Shown here one piece after another: positions 29,516 to 38,874 of a stretch of 62,224 bases of DNA (the first letter of the stretch is position 1; every line of letters starts with the position of its first letter). The notes below the pieces were generated by a model. It was not told where the DNA came from. It ran no database searches and was given only the letters and a program-made list of their open reading frames with translations. This DNA comes from a virus (taxonomy: Duplodnaviria > Caudoviricetes): positions 1-62,224 of IMG/VR virus record IMGVR_UViG_3300030331_005246. One strand, written 5' to 3'. Made by a program: the position numbers and the translations under genes.

Positions 29516-30241
29516 TTAGAACAACAACTCTAAGGGGTTTGCGTAGCCAGATCCAACTCCACCTGCACCCATCTTTATATTTTTAATGAAACTTTCTATT
29601 GGGCTTTTGTAGGTGCTTTTTGTTAAGCTTTGATCTTCTAACCGTTTTTGTATAGCTTGATTGAGAAGTGAATTAACAAATCCTTCAGCTATTTCTTCTT
29701 CTGGATTTTGTTTTACACCTTCAGTAAATGAGAAAAGATTGATCGTATTTCCCCCTCCACCAGAGAGTTGATTCATTTGCCGATTCAGAAAACCACTTGG
29801 GCTTACTGCATCTGAATCTGAGTAGTCACCTAAATATTCTTGTCCTATTTTGTAGAGGCTACCGCCCGGTGCCATTTGTGCACCTGTGATATCACTGTCT
29901 GTGTTATTTGAATCTTTATCTCTTTGATAGGGATTACCAACTAAAACAGTTCGGTACAGTTGTACTGCATCCATCCCTGGTTTAAATCCTCGCTGGTCAA
30001 AATACTTTTTGACATAAGGCATTTGCTCAGCAATGCTCATGTCACGTACTGGCAAGTTCACCTCATTTCTTGCCCCAGGTCCAAATTGAATTAGCCCTCG
30101 ATAGTTGCCGCCATCACCACCCCAGACATTTGGTCTGAAGCCTGATTCCATGTGGATCAGTCCTGCTAATGTCGGGGCAGGAACTCCTAGTTGTTTAGCT
30201 GTTCTGATAACTGCAGCTTTATCGTATGGAGCTAATTCCAT
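29516..30241 (-). CDS. lytic transglycosylase (SLT/GH23-like) domain protein
   Basis: AKQLGV...LIHMESGFRPN...YRGLIQF. Confidence 0.75.
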   Translation of the reverse strand: MELAPYDKAAVIRTAKQLGVPAPTLAGLIHMESGFRPNVWGGDGGNYRGLIQFGPGARNEVNLPVRDMSIAEQMPYVKKYFDQRGFKPGMDAVQLYRTVLVGNPYQRDKDSNNTDSDITGAQMAPGGSLYKIGQEYLGDYSDSDAVSPSGFLNRQMNQLSGGGGNTINLFSFTEGVKQNPEEEIAEGFVNSLLNQAIQKRLEDQSLTKSTYKSPIESFIKNIKMGAGGVGSGYANPLELLF

Positions 30242-30243
30242 GA

Positions 30244-31104
30244 TTATTTAGCTTTTGCTTTAATGTCTGCCAGCATTTTTTCGACTTCTGCAATTCTTGA
30301 TGCCACGTCATCAATTGCAATTTGTTCTTGAACCTTAGTGTTCAGATCATCTGCAAAAGCCATTTCCACTTTTTCTTGTGGACTCATATTTGCGTATGCA
30401 AAGTTATCGCTATATGCAGTCGTGTCGTTACTTATCAGTGCTGATGTTGCTTCATTATCAATCATCGTATAAGGAGCAGTTACATATCCTTCTTTAGTGA
30501 AGTTTTCCAGAGACATTGTTTGTCCGTCTGGGAATGTTGCTCTGGTTTTAGGATCGACTGACATAACACCCCGTGGTTCATACATTTCAGGATATTTTTG
30601 TCTGTGAATTGCAAGTCCTAAGTTACGTACTGCATCCATGGACTGCTTACCCTTCATGGCCTGTTGGCCTTGTCCATAAACCTGTAAGGCAAAAGCTGTC
30701 GGATCGATCATGGTCTGCTCTGCACTTGCAGGCAGTTGAGTTGCTGGATCAACAGCAGCAGGACGCACCTGGGTGTTTGTAGTCAGCGCACCATTTTCTG
30801 TTGAAACAGGACGAGGCGGCACGTAGCCAGTGCGCTCATCACGATCTAGTTGATCTTTCAGTCGTGGATTAAAAGCATTCGGATCCCCATAAACTCGACC
30901 AGGTTGATACATGGTCTCAAAAACAGTTTTGGGCTTAGTTCCATATTTTTGGACCCCATAAGGTGCAGAACTATTTTGGATATATCTCAATTCATTACCA
31001 AGATCAAATTCTTTGCCTTTGAAGTTGGTATAAGGAATCCTGCCTTGGCCCAACATATTAGCCATATATTGGAGATTATTGAAAGGCGAATACTTTCCAG
31101 ACAT
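30244..31104 (-). CDS. hypothetical protein
   Basis: ORF track; structural operon. Confidence 0.65.
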   Translation of the reverse strand: MSGKYSPFNNLQYMANMLGQGRIPYTNFKGKEFDLGNELRYIQNSSAPYGVQKYGTKPKTVFETMYQPGRVYGDPNAFNPRLKDQLDRDERTGYVPPRPVSTENGALTTNTQVRPAAVDPATQLPASAEQTMIDPTAFALQVYGQGQQAMKGKQSMDAVRNLGLAIHRQKYPEMYEPRGVMSVDPKTRATFPDGQTMSLENFTKEGYVTAPYTMIDNEATSALISNDTTAYSDNFAYANMSPQEKVEMAFADDLNTKVQEQIAIDDVASRIAEVEKMLADIKAKAK

Positions 31105-31111
31105 AATACTT

Positions 31112-31594
31112 TTAGCGATACGTACGGTGTAGATAGATGTTTGCTCCTACTGCAGTATCAGCAGGGCCAGGTAGAGCCATAATGAACTCTGCACCAGAAC
31201 GTTCATATCGGTAACGTGCCTGGAATTCGTCTTTGTAGTTAGGAACGTATAGTATTTGTGCAAGACGATTTGTCTCATACAGGTATACTTCGTCCCAAAC
31301 TTTTAAGGCTTCCTTTACTGTACTTGACCTAATCGTTCGATCAACGTCACCAATGATGCCTTCAATACGTGTGCTTGGCGGCGTAAATCCTGGCTCAAAA
31401 GAAGCTAATTGTGTTTTACGTTCAGCTGCATCGCAGCGATTAATCTGATAAATAATCTTATCAGCGAAGACTGAATCCGGTACGGAATTCATTGCTTCTT
31501 CCAGACGGGCGTAATCACCTGCTGGAACACTCACAATGTAGTAGCCCAGGTGATAACGAATACGGCTTTTATTAAACTGTGAAAGCTGCGACAC
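31112..31594 (-). CDS. putative head-tail adaptor / head completion protein
   Basis: KSRIRYHLGY N-terminus; position downstream of the capsid genes. Confidence 0.5.
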   Translation of the reverse strand: MSQLSQFNKSRIRYHLGYYIVSVPAGDYARLEEAMNSVPDSVFADKIIYQINRCDAAERKTQLASFEPGFTPPSTRIEGIIGDVDRTIRSSTVKEALKVWDEVYLYETNRLAQILYVPNYKDEFQARYRYERSGAEFIMALPGPADTAVGANIYLHRTYR

Positions 31595-31632
31595 GCTACC
31601 CCGTCATATCTGTTTATTATAGATCTACTCAA

Positions 31633-31655
31633 TAAAAAAAGCCCCGTAGGGCTTA
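31633..31655 (-). terminator. rho-independent terminator after the capsid operon
   Basis: Minus-strand AAGCCC-TACG-GGGCTT hairpin followed by a T run. Confidence 0.7.
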
Positions 31656-31658
31656 GTT

Positions 31659-32093
31659 TCAGACGCGAACTAGATCAGCTGCAAATACTGAATCCCAATC
31701 AACTCGCGGAATTTGTCTTAGTTGTTCGAGGCTATTAAATCTTTCGCCCGACAATGACAGCTGCAATTCTTTAATATCCTTGGCGGTTTTAAGACCAACT
31801 CCCTTAATGTGATCAGCAATCATTTGAGCAGTAGCGCCGTTAATGTTTAACCGTTGATCAGTAGGGAACTTGCGTGGTTCATCTCCTTTAGCTGCATCTT
31901 TTACTTGTAATGATTTTACTTTCTTAGTTGCATTTGGATCTTGTTCAATTTCCGTATGGTAGACCGTAAAGATTTTTCCGTCTTGATCTTCTACCATATA
32001 CCAATCGCCATCTTCCCACTCAGTTACAACTTTAACGCGGGCTCCAGTTCGCTTATGTTGATAAAGCATTGATGTGTCAGGCATTAGGACCAA
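31659..32093 (-). CDS. helix-hairpin-helix DNA-binding protein (ComEA-like HhH)
   Basis: RLNINGATAQMIADHIKGVGLKTAKDI...RFNSLEQLRQIPRV. Confidence 0.75.
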   Translation of the reverse strand: MVLMPDTSMLYQHKRTGARVKVVTEWEDGDWYMVEDQDGKIFTVYHTEIEQDPNATKKVKSLQVKDAAKGDEPRKFPTDQRLNINGATAQMIADHIKGVGLKTAKDIKELQLSLSGERFNSLEQLRQIPRVDWDSVFAADLVRV

Positions 32094-32171
32094 TATTTAT
32101 TACTGGTCCTATGTTAACCTAATTAGCCACTATTTTTCTGAATTGAGTAGATAAAATAGCGGCTAATACGC

Positions 32172-32972
32172 TCAGTTGTACTGTTGGCCTGGAAGCAGAC
32201 TTTCAGTCTTGTATGGCAGATACTGTTCAATGTCGTTGTAGTTGACAGGAACGTCAGGCTGGATAAAGCAAACTTCAACAATGATGTATCCGACATTACC
32301 GGCGACGAAGTCTGCATCGGTAATTGCCCAACCACCAGCGACAGATGTGCTGTTCGTTGCTGCCTTGGAATAGACAAAGAACTCTTGTCCTGAGGTGTAC
32401 TCCTTGTAGAGCATTGGCGTGGTCAGAGTGGTAGCAGTCTGGAAAGGATTGGTTCCCAGAGCACCACTACCTGCAGGGATGTTGTTAGAAACTGCAGTCA
32501 GGTTGGCTGCTTGAACAACACCGGAGAAGCTCTCGGGAGCTGTAGCAGTACCAGGGCCGAAGCCAATGACTTGAGTTGCGTTCTCAGTAATGATGCCGTC
32601 CTCAGCAACGCGACCGTCGCCCCAGCCAGAAGCAACTGAAATAGAAGCACGGTAGACATAAGCAGGACGCTCTGTACTACCACTAACAACCATGCCAGTG
32701 ATGTTTTGGCGAGTGGCGTCATTCTTGTAAGGAGAAGGAATGACCACCTGCGATACGTCAACGAAATCTGCACCAGCGTTACCACTGGTGTTCGTGACGG
32801 CTACATAGCCACGGAGCTGGAAGAAACGCCAGCCAGGGTTAGCTAAGACAGAAGTCGGGCCACCATATGAACCCACTGCAGTACCACCTGCAATAGGAAT
32901 GTTTTGATACCAGCCGTTGAGCGGCTCAGCCATATCGGCTGGGTAAATAACTTTTGCTGTTCTGTATGTCAT
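32172..32972 (-). CDS. putative capsid decoration / minor structural protein
   Basis: Immediately downstream of the major capsid gene; highly expressed-like codon usage. Confidence 0.55.
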   Translation of the reverse strand: MTYRTAKVIYPADMAEPLNGWYQNIPIAGGTAVGSYGGPTSVLANPGWRFFQLRGYVAVTNTSGNAGADFVDVSQVVIPSPYKNDATRQNITGMVVSGSTERPAYVYRASISVASGWGDGRVAEDGIITENATQVIGFGPGTATAPESFSGVVQAANLTAVSNNIPAGSGALGTNPFQTATTLTTPMLYKEYTSGQEFFVYSKAATNSTSVAGGWAITDADFVAGNVGYIIVEVCFIQPDVPVNYNDIEQYLPYKTESLLPGQQYN

Positions 32973-33008
32973 CGATTGTATCCTTTTATTTGTGTATTAG
33001 TTTGTACG

Positions 33009-34172
33009 TCAAACGTTACCATCATCAGCAACAAAGCTGAATGCGGTGGTGATGAAATCGGTGTTTAACACTTCAAAACCGGCGTACAATTGCCAGATCA
33101 AAATGATAAAGCGACTGAAGTCATCGTTGTTGTTAATTAACACTTGGGCATTGGGTCCACCAATACCTACGCCGATGGATTGAGGGCCGAAGAAGAAACC
33201 TTGAGCCACTTCTTCTGCTGCATAAGGAGCAGCGCCAGTGAAGGAAGCTTGTACAGCTTTGGTGGGGAAGTTGGTTGACTCGAAGAACTTAACGCCTTCA
33301 AACTGGACACCAGTAGGCATCACAGGTTCACCGGCCAGGAAATACCCTTGTCCAGCCTGGGGACCCATGTAGAAGCTGGTGTTGTTAGGCATCATGGGGT
33401 TAGCCATGTACATGCCTTGTCCAGGATTGCCGCTGTAGCGGGCGATCTCACGGAAGTCTTCGTCCCTCCGCAGATGCATCATGAATGTGGGATCACAAAT
33501 ACAGCGGTACATTCCGTCTGCAAATGTGGGCACATTGCGCTTTCTCAGATCTTTGACGACCTCAAGAAGGTCAGTACGAACCGAGAACTGCTGGACCTGT
33601 GCAGTGAATTCTGCAGCAGTGTAGGTGATTTGATTTTGGGCGTTCTTTGCTTTGTCGCCAGCAAAATAGTAACCACCTTGCTTGGAGTTGGCTTGGCCTT
33701 GTGCTTCTGCTTTTGCAAGCTCATCAATGAAGACGCGGTCACGCCAACGGCGATAGTCATCCAGCAGCGTCAAGCTACCGATGGACTGGTGGAACATGTT
33801 GAGGTTGCCGGTGTCTAACAGCAGACGCTGTGCAGTCACCAAGGTTTCCCGTGCAATCTTGAACGTAGAAGGCTGGGTAGGATCGCCTGGATCTGCAGGG
33901 CCGGTGTATTCCTTAAGCACCACCAGAACTTTCTCTTTAGTGATGTTACGGCTATTTGCAGTACCAATCGTCTGGTCGGAGATACGCTCGCGGCTATCCT
34001 TAGTACCAGGTTGTCCCCAAAACTTGTAACGATCGAGTTGCACAGTCTGGCCGGGTTGTGATGTGAAATCATGCACAACTACAGGCTCTGTTGCCATCTC
34101 ACAGATGTAAGCTGGGTGGGGCCGATATAATTCAGCACCTAAGATTTTTGGAAAATCGTTGTCTAAGAACAC
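33009..34172 (-). CDS. major capsid protein
   Basis: 387 aa; PGQTVQLDRY E-loop-like motif, GVQFEGVKFFEST, DDFSRFIILIWQLYAGF; portal-scaffold-MCP gene order. Confidence 0.8.
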   Translation of the reverse strand: MFLDNDFPKILGAELYRPHPAYICEMATEPVVVHDFTSQPGQTVQLDRYKFWGQPGTKDSRERISDQTIGTANSRNITKEKVLVVLKEYTGPADPGDPTQPSTFKIARETLVTAQRLLLDTGNLNMFHQSIGSLTLLDDYRRWRDRVFIDELAKAEAQGQANSKQGGYYFAGDKAKNAQNQITYTAAEFTAQVQQFSVRTDLLEVVKDLRKRNVPTFADGMYRCICDPTFMMHLRRDEDFREIARYSGNPGQGMYMANPMMPNNTSFYMGPQAGQGYFLAGEPVMPTGVQFEGVKFFESTNFPTKAVQASFTGAAPYAAEEVAQGFFFGPQSIGVGIGGPNAQVLINNNDDFSRFIILIWQLYAGFEVLNTDFITTAFSFVADDGNV

Positions 34173-34279
34173 TTTCTTTTATCCTCCAGTGTCGCAGGAA
34201 TAATGTTTTTGTCGGTCGAAAGATTCGGACAAAAAGTCCTATCTAAATTTAAGTTTAACAGTCTTTAATGTTTGTAGTA

Positions 34280-34846
34280 TCAAGTACCTACACCCATTGC
34301 GCCAGGAACCATTAATGCGCCCATACCTAACATGTTTCTTCGTGAATTAGCGGTATTACTTGAACCAGGTGCTTCTGGATCGATGCCTAACATTTCACCA
34401 ACTGCGCCGATGGCACGGCCAGCAGCCATACCACCGAGAGCAGCAGCGCCTGCACTAACAGGAACTAAGACTCCCATAGCGCCACGGCGAATATTTTGTT
34501 CGGTGTAAATGTTATCAGTTACATTCTGAGAATTTCGCATGTTGTCATCAACCCGTTTTTCGGCAGCTGAGTAAGCACGTGTTTCGCCATCTGCACCAGA
34601 TCTCATGCCTCGCGTGCGTTTATAAAGCTCGCCTTGGTCTTGAACTTGCTGATTTAAATCGACAACTCTTTGCCTGGCACCTGGAGCAAATTTGCCAGCA
34701 AGGCGCATGCCGCCGAGGCCACCAGCAAAACCGCCGACCCCAGCACCTACAACTGAAAGAGGATCATTGCCTTGAGCGGCAGCAAGTGCGGCTGTGCCTA
34801 CACCTACTGCTGCTGGGATTCCATATTCAATCCGTCGACGGGTCAT
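34280..34846 (-). CDS. Gly/Ala-rich hypothetical membrane or virion protein
   Basis: Glycine-zipper-like hydrophobic segments. Confidence 0.6.
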   Translation of the reverse strand: MTRRRIEYGIPAAVGVGTAALAAAQGNDPLSVVGAGVGGFAGGLGGMRLAGKFAPGARQRVVDLNQQVQDQGELYKRTRGMRSGADGETRAYSAAEKRVDDNMRNSQNVTDNIYTEQNIRRGAMGVLVPVSAGAAALGGMAAGRAIGAVGEMLGIDPEAPGSSNTANSRRNMLGMGALMVPGAMGVGT

Positions 34847-34850
34847 CGGA

Positions 34851-35846
34851 TCACTCCATCACGAAGAGTTTTTGAGACATGGATTGAGGAGAAGCCTGAT
34901 TAATCAGACGCCATGCCTGGCTGGGATCCACTTCCATTTGCTGTTTGAAGGTGCCCCAGAAATCTTGAGGAGCCTGGGCTGCTGCAGCCTGAGGAGGTGC
35001 GGGCATTCCAACGCCTTGATTAACAGCGGGGCCAGTGGGATAACCGGGTGTTTCTAAATCACGCTCAGATTCATACACAGGGTATGGACCTTCAGGACCA
35101 AAGAAGTTCAGCGTGTAATCGCTGAGGACATCAGGGTTGGTCAGGATTTCGTTATAAGCCAGGTTCTCACGGTGCTCGTTAACCATGAAGTTGGCTGATT
35201 GATAGAACAGTCGTTGAGCTTCGTTGCCCCAGTCGACTGCACTATCGAGCATTCCTTCGAGGTTTAGAGCGTACTGATTTAGAATCGCTGGAGCCTCGGT
35301 TCCGTAGTTTGCCACTACCATCCGACTCTCCGGACTCCAATCCAGCAGATTCGCTACGTCCTCTAATGAGTTGATTGAGGAAGTTGGGGAAGAGTTGCTG
35401 TATGAGGTCTGGTTTGTTGTATAGGTCGGCTGAGCCGATTGCTGCTGCTCCCAAGTTGGAGCCTGGCTGGGATTGGCCTGAGTACCCCAGTTGGCCTGGG
35501 TATATTGATTCGCTGCCGGAACCGGGGCCTGTGACGGTTGACCCTGGAACGGGGATGGCACCGGGCTCCCCAGTAGATTCACCACCTTGTTGAACGCCGA
35601 TTCCCATGGGTTCCCCTGAGAGTCCTGGGATTGGGGGGCGTATTGTGACGGGTTTGATGGGTAATTGGTACTCGGCACCGATGGGGCCTGGGGCACCGCC
35701 TGGGGGTAATAGGTTCCCACTTGCTGAGTCGGAGCCGCCGCTGGAGCTGCCGGGGCCGGAGCTGCCGGTGCTGCCGCCACGTAGCTGCTCGGGGCCACGG
35801 ACTGGGGGCTCGTCTGTGGGATCGATTGGACGGAAGCGTCCTGCAT
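34851..35846 (-). CDS. putative capsid scaffolding protein
   Basis: Pro/Gln/Ala-rich N-terminus; lies between portal and major capsid. Confidence 0.55.
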   Translation of the reverse strand: MQDASVQSIPQTSPQSVAPSSYVAAAPAAPAPAAPAAAPTQQVGTYYPQAVPQAPSVPSTNYPSNPSQYAPQSQDSQGNPWESAFNKVVNLLGSPVPSPFQGQPSQAPVPAANQYTQANWGTQANPSQAPTWEQQQSAQPTYTTNQTSYSNSSPTSSINSLEDVANLLDWSPESRMVVANYGTEAPAILNQYALNLEGMLDSAVDWGNEAQRLFYQSANFMVNEHRENLAYNEILTNPDVLSDYTLNFFGPEGPYPVYESERDLETPGYPTGPAVNQGVGMPAPPQAAAAQAPQDFWGTFKQQMEVDPSQAWRLINQASPQSMSQKLFVME

Positions 35847-37623
35847 AACTCATCTCCTTTTGCATACATTCAAGAGTTCGATACAGATATGGAGTTAGAT
35901 CCAATCTTGGGTCCGCTGCCATCGGTAAATCCGGTGATTGCGGATGCGGGGTCTGCATCATCCCCGCAATCAACTTTGCAAATTGGTTGTAAGCACCTTG
36001 CAATTCGTTGACCATTCTGAACGGAAAACCCGAAAGCATTTCCGCTCTTTCTTCATCAGTTTTGGATGGAAAAAGATACTTCAGTGCTTCTATGCTATCA
36101 ACACCCAACTCTTGTAAGTTCCTTACAACAATTGAATTGTTCAGAATATCTTGTGTGGATTCCTCGTATACAGGGCCTAACCAACGCCAAAGCATTGTGA
36201 TATCCCCATCAGGAATTAATCCCCTGACACCAGGAGGAATCATCTGAGCACGAACACAAGCAGCGATTAATCCTTTAATACGCTCTTCGTATTCCATTAT
36301 GGCTTGTTTATACATCTCCTCTTCTTCTGGAGGTGCGCCTGGTGCAGGAGGAATTGGCTTTTCAAACTTTGCTGCAGCGGCCAACGTGTCTTTAAACAGC
36401 TGTTCCTCTTGATAGATAATCAGCTCCATGCAGCGGCAGATGCCGTGCTCATAAATGGAGTTTGCCTTTTTCTTACTGGTTGCCGCAACACGGCCATATA
36501 GTGATTTATACTCAGTTGCCGTCACACCAGCTGAGATTGAAAGTTCGTCTACACCTCCTAGTGCTGTTCGGATCTCTTCTCGGAATTGCCGTACAAATGC
36601 ATTCTGATCTCCAGAGATCGCATCGGGAACAATATAACCAACGCGATCATTGGGTTCTAGGTTGGCAATCACCCTAGGAACACGCATCTGACCATCAACA
36701 CCACGGGTGATTGGGTCTTGTTTAAACGTGGACCTGGACAGTGGTGACATGCTTTGGAAACCAGAGTTTGCTGCAATCGATGGTCGTTGTGGTACACCAT
36801 CATTACCTGGTTCCATCAAGTCAGTTTTGGGTCTGGAAGATAGCAGTGTGGGGTTACCAAAGAACTGCAGGTTCTTCTTCATGTTCCGCACAAGGTCATC
36901 ATGCGTAACGATGTGATTAGCCAGTTGATCAAATTCACCACTGCCATCCATGGTGAATCCTTTGGGGTTATTGAAGATCTCTACACAAGGGATATACCGC
37001 AATGTATTAGGGAACGTTTTTGTCTTACCAGGCATTGTTGCGCTGATATTGTCAAAGGTCATCTCGCCTTCTGAATGCGTTTCTTCAATGACATCTGGTT
37101 TGATTGATAGTCTGATGTATCGTTTCTGTCCTTGAGAATCTTGTTTGTAACCACCACTGACTTGAGCTAATGCTGACGGTGTATCAATACCACCAAGACC
37201 AATGTCCTGGTACATACTGTTTTTACCCTGTTTAACCTTATAGCTATAGATAATGACGACTTCTTCTAGTTCACCATCAACGTTGTAATAGCTTCTGTAT
37301 TCGTGAGATCTGAAATAATAGAGACGATAATTGTTTTCAGTTGGTCTGATATAAAACAATCCAGTGCCATCACATAAGAAGTAGTCCCAGATTGAATCCA
37401 GCCTGGTATCTAGCTTGTTGTATTTAGCGACCTTATCGATAAAGTCTTTACGTTGTGCACCGAAGTTATCTTGTGACGGAAAGAACTCAACTCCTTGGCG
37501 AATGCCAAAGAGTTTCATCTGAGCAATGTGTGCTGCAACAATACCAGTATCAACGTATTGACTGCCATCACGTTCGATATAGGAATTAATAATTTCCTGC
37601 AGTCGTGCACGGGTTTCCGACAT
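35242..37623 (-). CDS. portal protein
   Basis: Position between terminase and MCP; YIPCVEIFNNPKG..GSGEFDQL portal-like motif; long disordered C-terminal tail. Confidence 0.75.
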   Translation of the reverse strand: MSETRARLQEIINSYIERDGSQYVDTGIVAAHIAQMKLFGIRQGVEFFPSQDNFGAQRKDFIDKVAKYNKLDTRLDSIWDYFLCDGTGLFYIRPTENNYRLYYFRSHEYRSYYNVDGELEEVVIIYSYKVKQGKNSMYQDIGLGGIDTPSALAQVSGGYKQDSQGQKRYIRLSIKPDVIEETHSEGEMTFDNISATMPGKTKTFPNTLRYIPCVEIFNNPKGFTMDGSGEFDQLANHIVTHDDLVRNMKKNLQFFGNPTLLSSRPKTDLMEPGNDGVPQRPSIAANSGFQSMSPLSRSTFKQDPITRGVDGQMRVPRVIANLEPNDRVGYIVPDAISGDQNAFVRQFREEIRTALGGVDELSISAGVTATEYKSLYGRVAATSKKKANSIYEHGICRCMELIIYQEEQLFKDTLAAAAKFEKPIPPAPGAPPEEEEMYKQAIMEYEERIKGLIAACVRAQMIPPGVRGLIPDGDITMLWRWLGPVYEESTQDILNNSIVVRNLQELGVDSIEALKYLFPSKTDEERAEMLSGFPFRMVNELQGAYNQFAKLIAGMMQTPHPQSPDLPMAADPRLDLTPYLYRTLECMQKEMSYAGRFRPIDPTDEPPVRGPEQLRGGSTGSSGPGSSSGGSDSASGNLLPPGGAPGPIGAEYQLPIKPVTIRPPIPGLSGEPMGIGVQQGGESTGEPGAIPVPGSTVTGPGSGSESIYPGQLGYSGQSQPGSNLGAAAIGSADLYNKPDLIQQLFPNFLNQLIRGRSESAGLESGESDGSGKLRNRGSSDSKSVRSKPRRNAR

Positions 37624-37832
37624 TATTTAGCAGACTTATTTTTATACATCCTAGCAGCTTTACCGGCCTTTTTAGCTTTCTCAGTATTAGGAACAAACTG
37701 CTTTCCTTTCTTAGAAGCAGCTTGTTTTTTAGCATCAGTCTTGTCACGTTCTTCTGGTGACAATTTTGCCCAGGCTTTTTTCGGCAAATAACGTTTGGTT
37801 GTGCCGTCTTTTTGAATTGCTTTATCTGCCAT
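37623..37832 (-). CDS. basic protein (C-terminal half of a DUF5872-like family)
   Basis: RYLPKKAWAKLSPEER..TDAKK..ASKKGKQFVPNT. Confidence 0.7.
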   Translation of the reverse strand: MADKAIQKDGTTKRYLPKKAWAKLSPEERDKTDAKKQAASKKGKQFVPNTEKAKKAGKAARMYKNKSAK

Positions 37833-37834
37833 GG

Positions 37835-37957
37835 TTATGCATTCATATATTTACCAGCAATCTTGCCAAGCTTTTTAGCCTGTTCGCCATGCATCTTGAC
37901 CGCTGCCTGTAGCTGTTTCTGAATGGTCTTAATGGTCTTTACGTCAGCTTTGCTCAT
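37835..37957 (-). CDS. small hypothetical protein (40 aa)
   Basis: MSKADVKTIKTIQKQLQAAVKMHGEQAKKL..., read manually; ATGA overlap. Confidence 0.55.
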   Translation of the reverse strand: MSKADVKTIKTIQKQLQAAVKMHGEQAKKLGKIAGKYMNA

Positions 37958-38244
37958 GATTTGTCCTTGGCTTTTTTTGCAGCCTTTGCGGCTTTTTTGG
38001 CTTTACCCTTTTCGTATTCGTCTTTAGTCTGCCAATCTTCTTTACCCCATTTGCTTAATGATTTTTGTTTAGCACCTTTACCACCTTTGTACCCGCCACC
38101 AGCTTTCTTATACTCGGAAGCTACGAGCTGCGCTTTACGTGCAGACCACTGACCAGCTTTACCACCTTTGGTTCCTTTCATGACACGGTTTTTAATCCGT
38201 TCACGCAGTTCTGGTTTCGTGTATTTGCTGTCGTCTTGAGCCAT
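37954..38244 (-). CDS. basic protein (DUF5872-like N-terminal half)
   Basis: YTKPELRERIK...GGKAGQWSARKAQL...YKKAGGGYKG. Confidence 0.75.
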   Translation of the reverse strand: MAQDDSKYTKPELRERIKNRVMKGTKGGKAGQWSARKAQLVASEYKKAGGGYKGGKGAKQKSLSKWGKEDWQTKDEYEKGKAKKAAKAAKKAKDKS

Positions 38245-38501
38245 TATGCTTGAGGAAATGTAATCGGAGGTAAGCCAAGTACTCTTTCTATTTCTCTTCT
38301 AACTTTTCTTGCACCTGGTAGTTTGGGATCGTTGTAGATACTGTAGCCAGGAGTGCCTGGTCCTGATTTAGGCTTGATATCAAAACTAGGATTACCAGCC
38401 ATCATCATTCCTGGAACACCCATGCTCATGTGTAGATAATTACCTTGTGGTTGCATGACACCCAACATGGCACCAAAATTACCGCCAAATCTCGGGTCCA
38501 T
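38244..38501 (-). CDS. hypothetical protein
   Basis: Coupled ORF. Confidence 0.6.
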   Translation of the reverse strand: MDPRFGGNFGAMLGVMQPQGNYLHMSMGVPGMMMAGNPSFDIKPKSGPGTPGYSIYNDPKLPGARKVRREIERVLGLPPITFPQA

Positions 38502-38851
38502 TACGATACCCTCTTATTTAAGAATCCAGAATTCTTAGCAGGGTATTGATCTTGATTTAAACCACCAACGTTGCCACCGGCTGTGCCCTGGAAACCACCG
38601 ACAACCTGGCCTACCAAGCCTAAGTTCTGATAAGGGTTTTGTGCAATTTGTCCTGCCATACCAAACATGTTCATCCCAGGCACCGCTTGTCCCATTTGAG
38701 GTCCACCGAACATGCTGTTTTGTGGAGTGGCTTCTTCTTGATTTGGAGAAATACCCTGCATCATGCTATTGATTCCCCCAATCAGTCCGCCATAGGCTCC
38801 AATGTTTCCCATGCCTCCACCAACGGTGTAACCCTGGCTGTAGTTATACAT
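38501..38851 (-). CDS. Gly/Met-rich hypothetical protein
   Basis: TAGAAT at 38872-38877. Confidence 0.6.
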   Translation of the reverse strand: MYNYSQGYTVGGGMGNIGAYGGLIGGINSMMQGISPNQEEATPQNSMFGGPQMGQAVPGMNMFGMAGQIAQNPYQNLGLVGQVVGGFQGTAGGNVGGLNQDQYPAKNSGFLNKRVS

Positions 38852-38874
38852 TCTGAATATTCATTTCTTTCATT

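Noticed and set aside
31659-32093. PsbU photosystem auxiliary gene
   Set aside because: The similarity is limited to the generic HhH motif; there is no signal peptide and it sits in the capsid operon.
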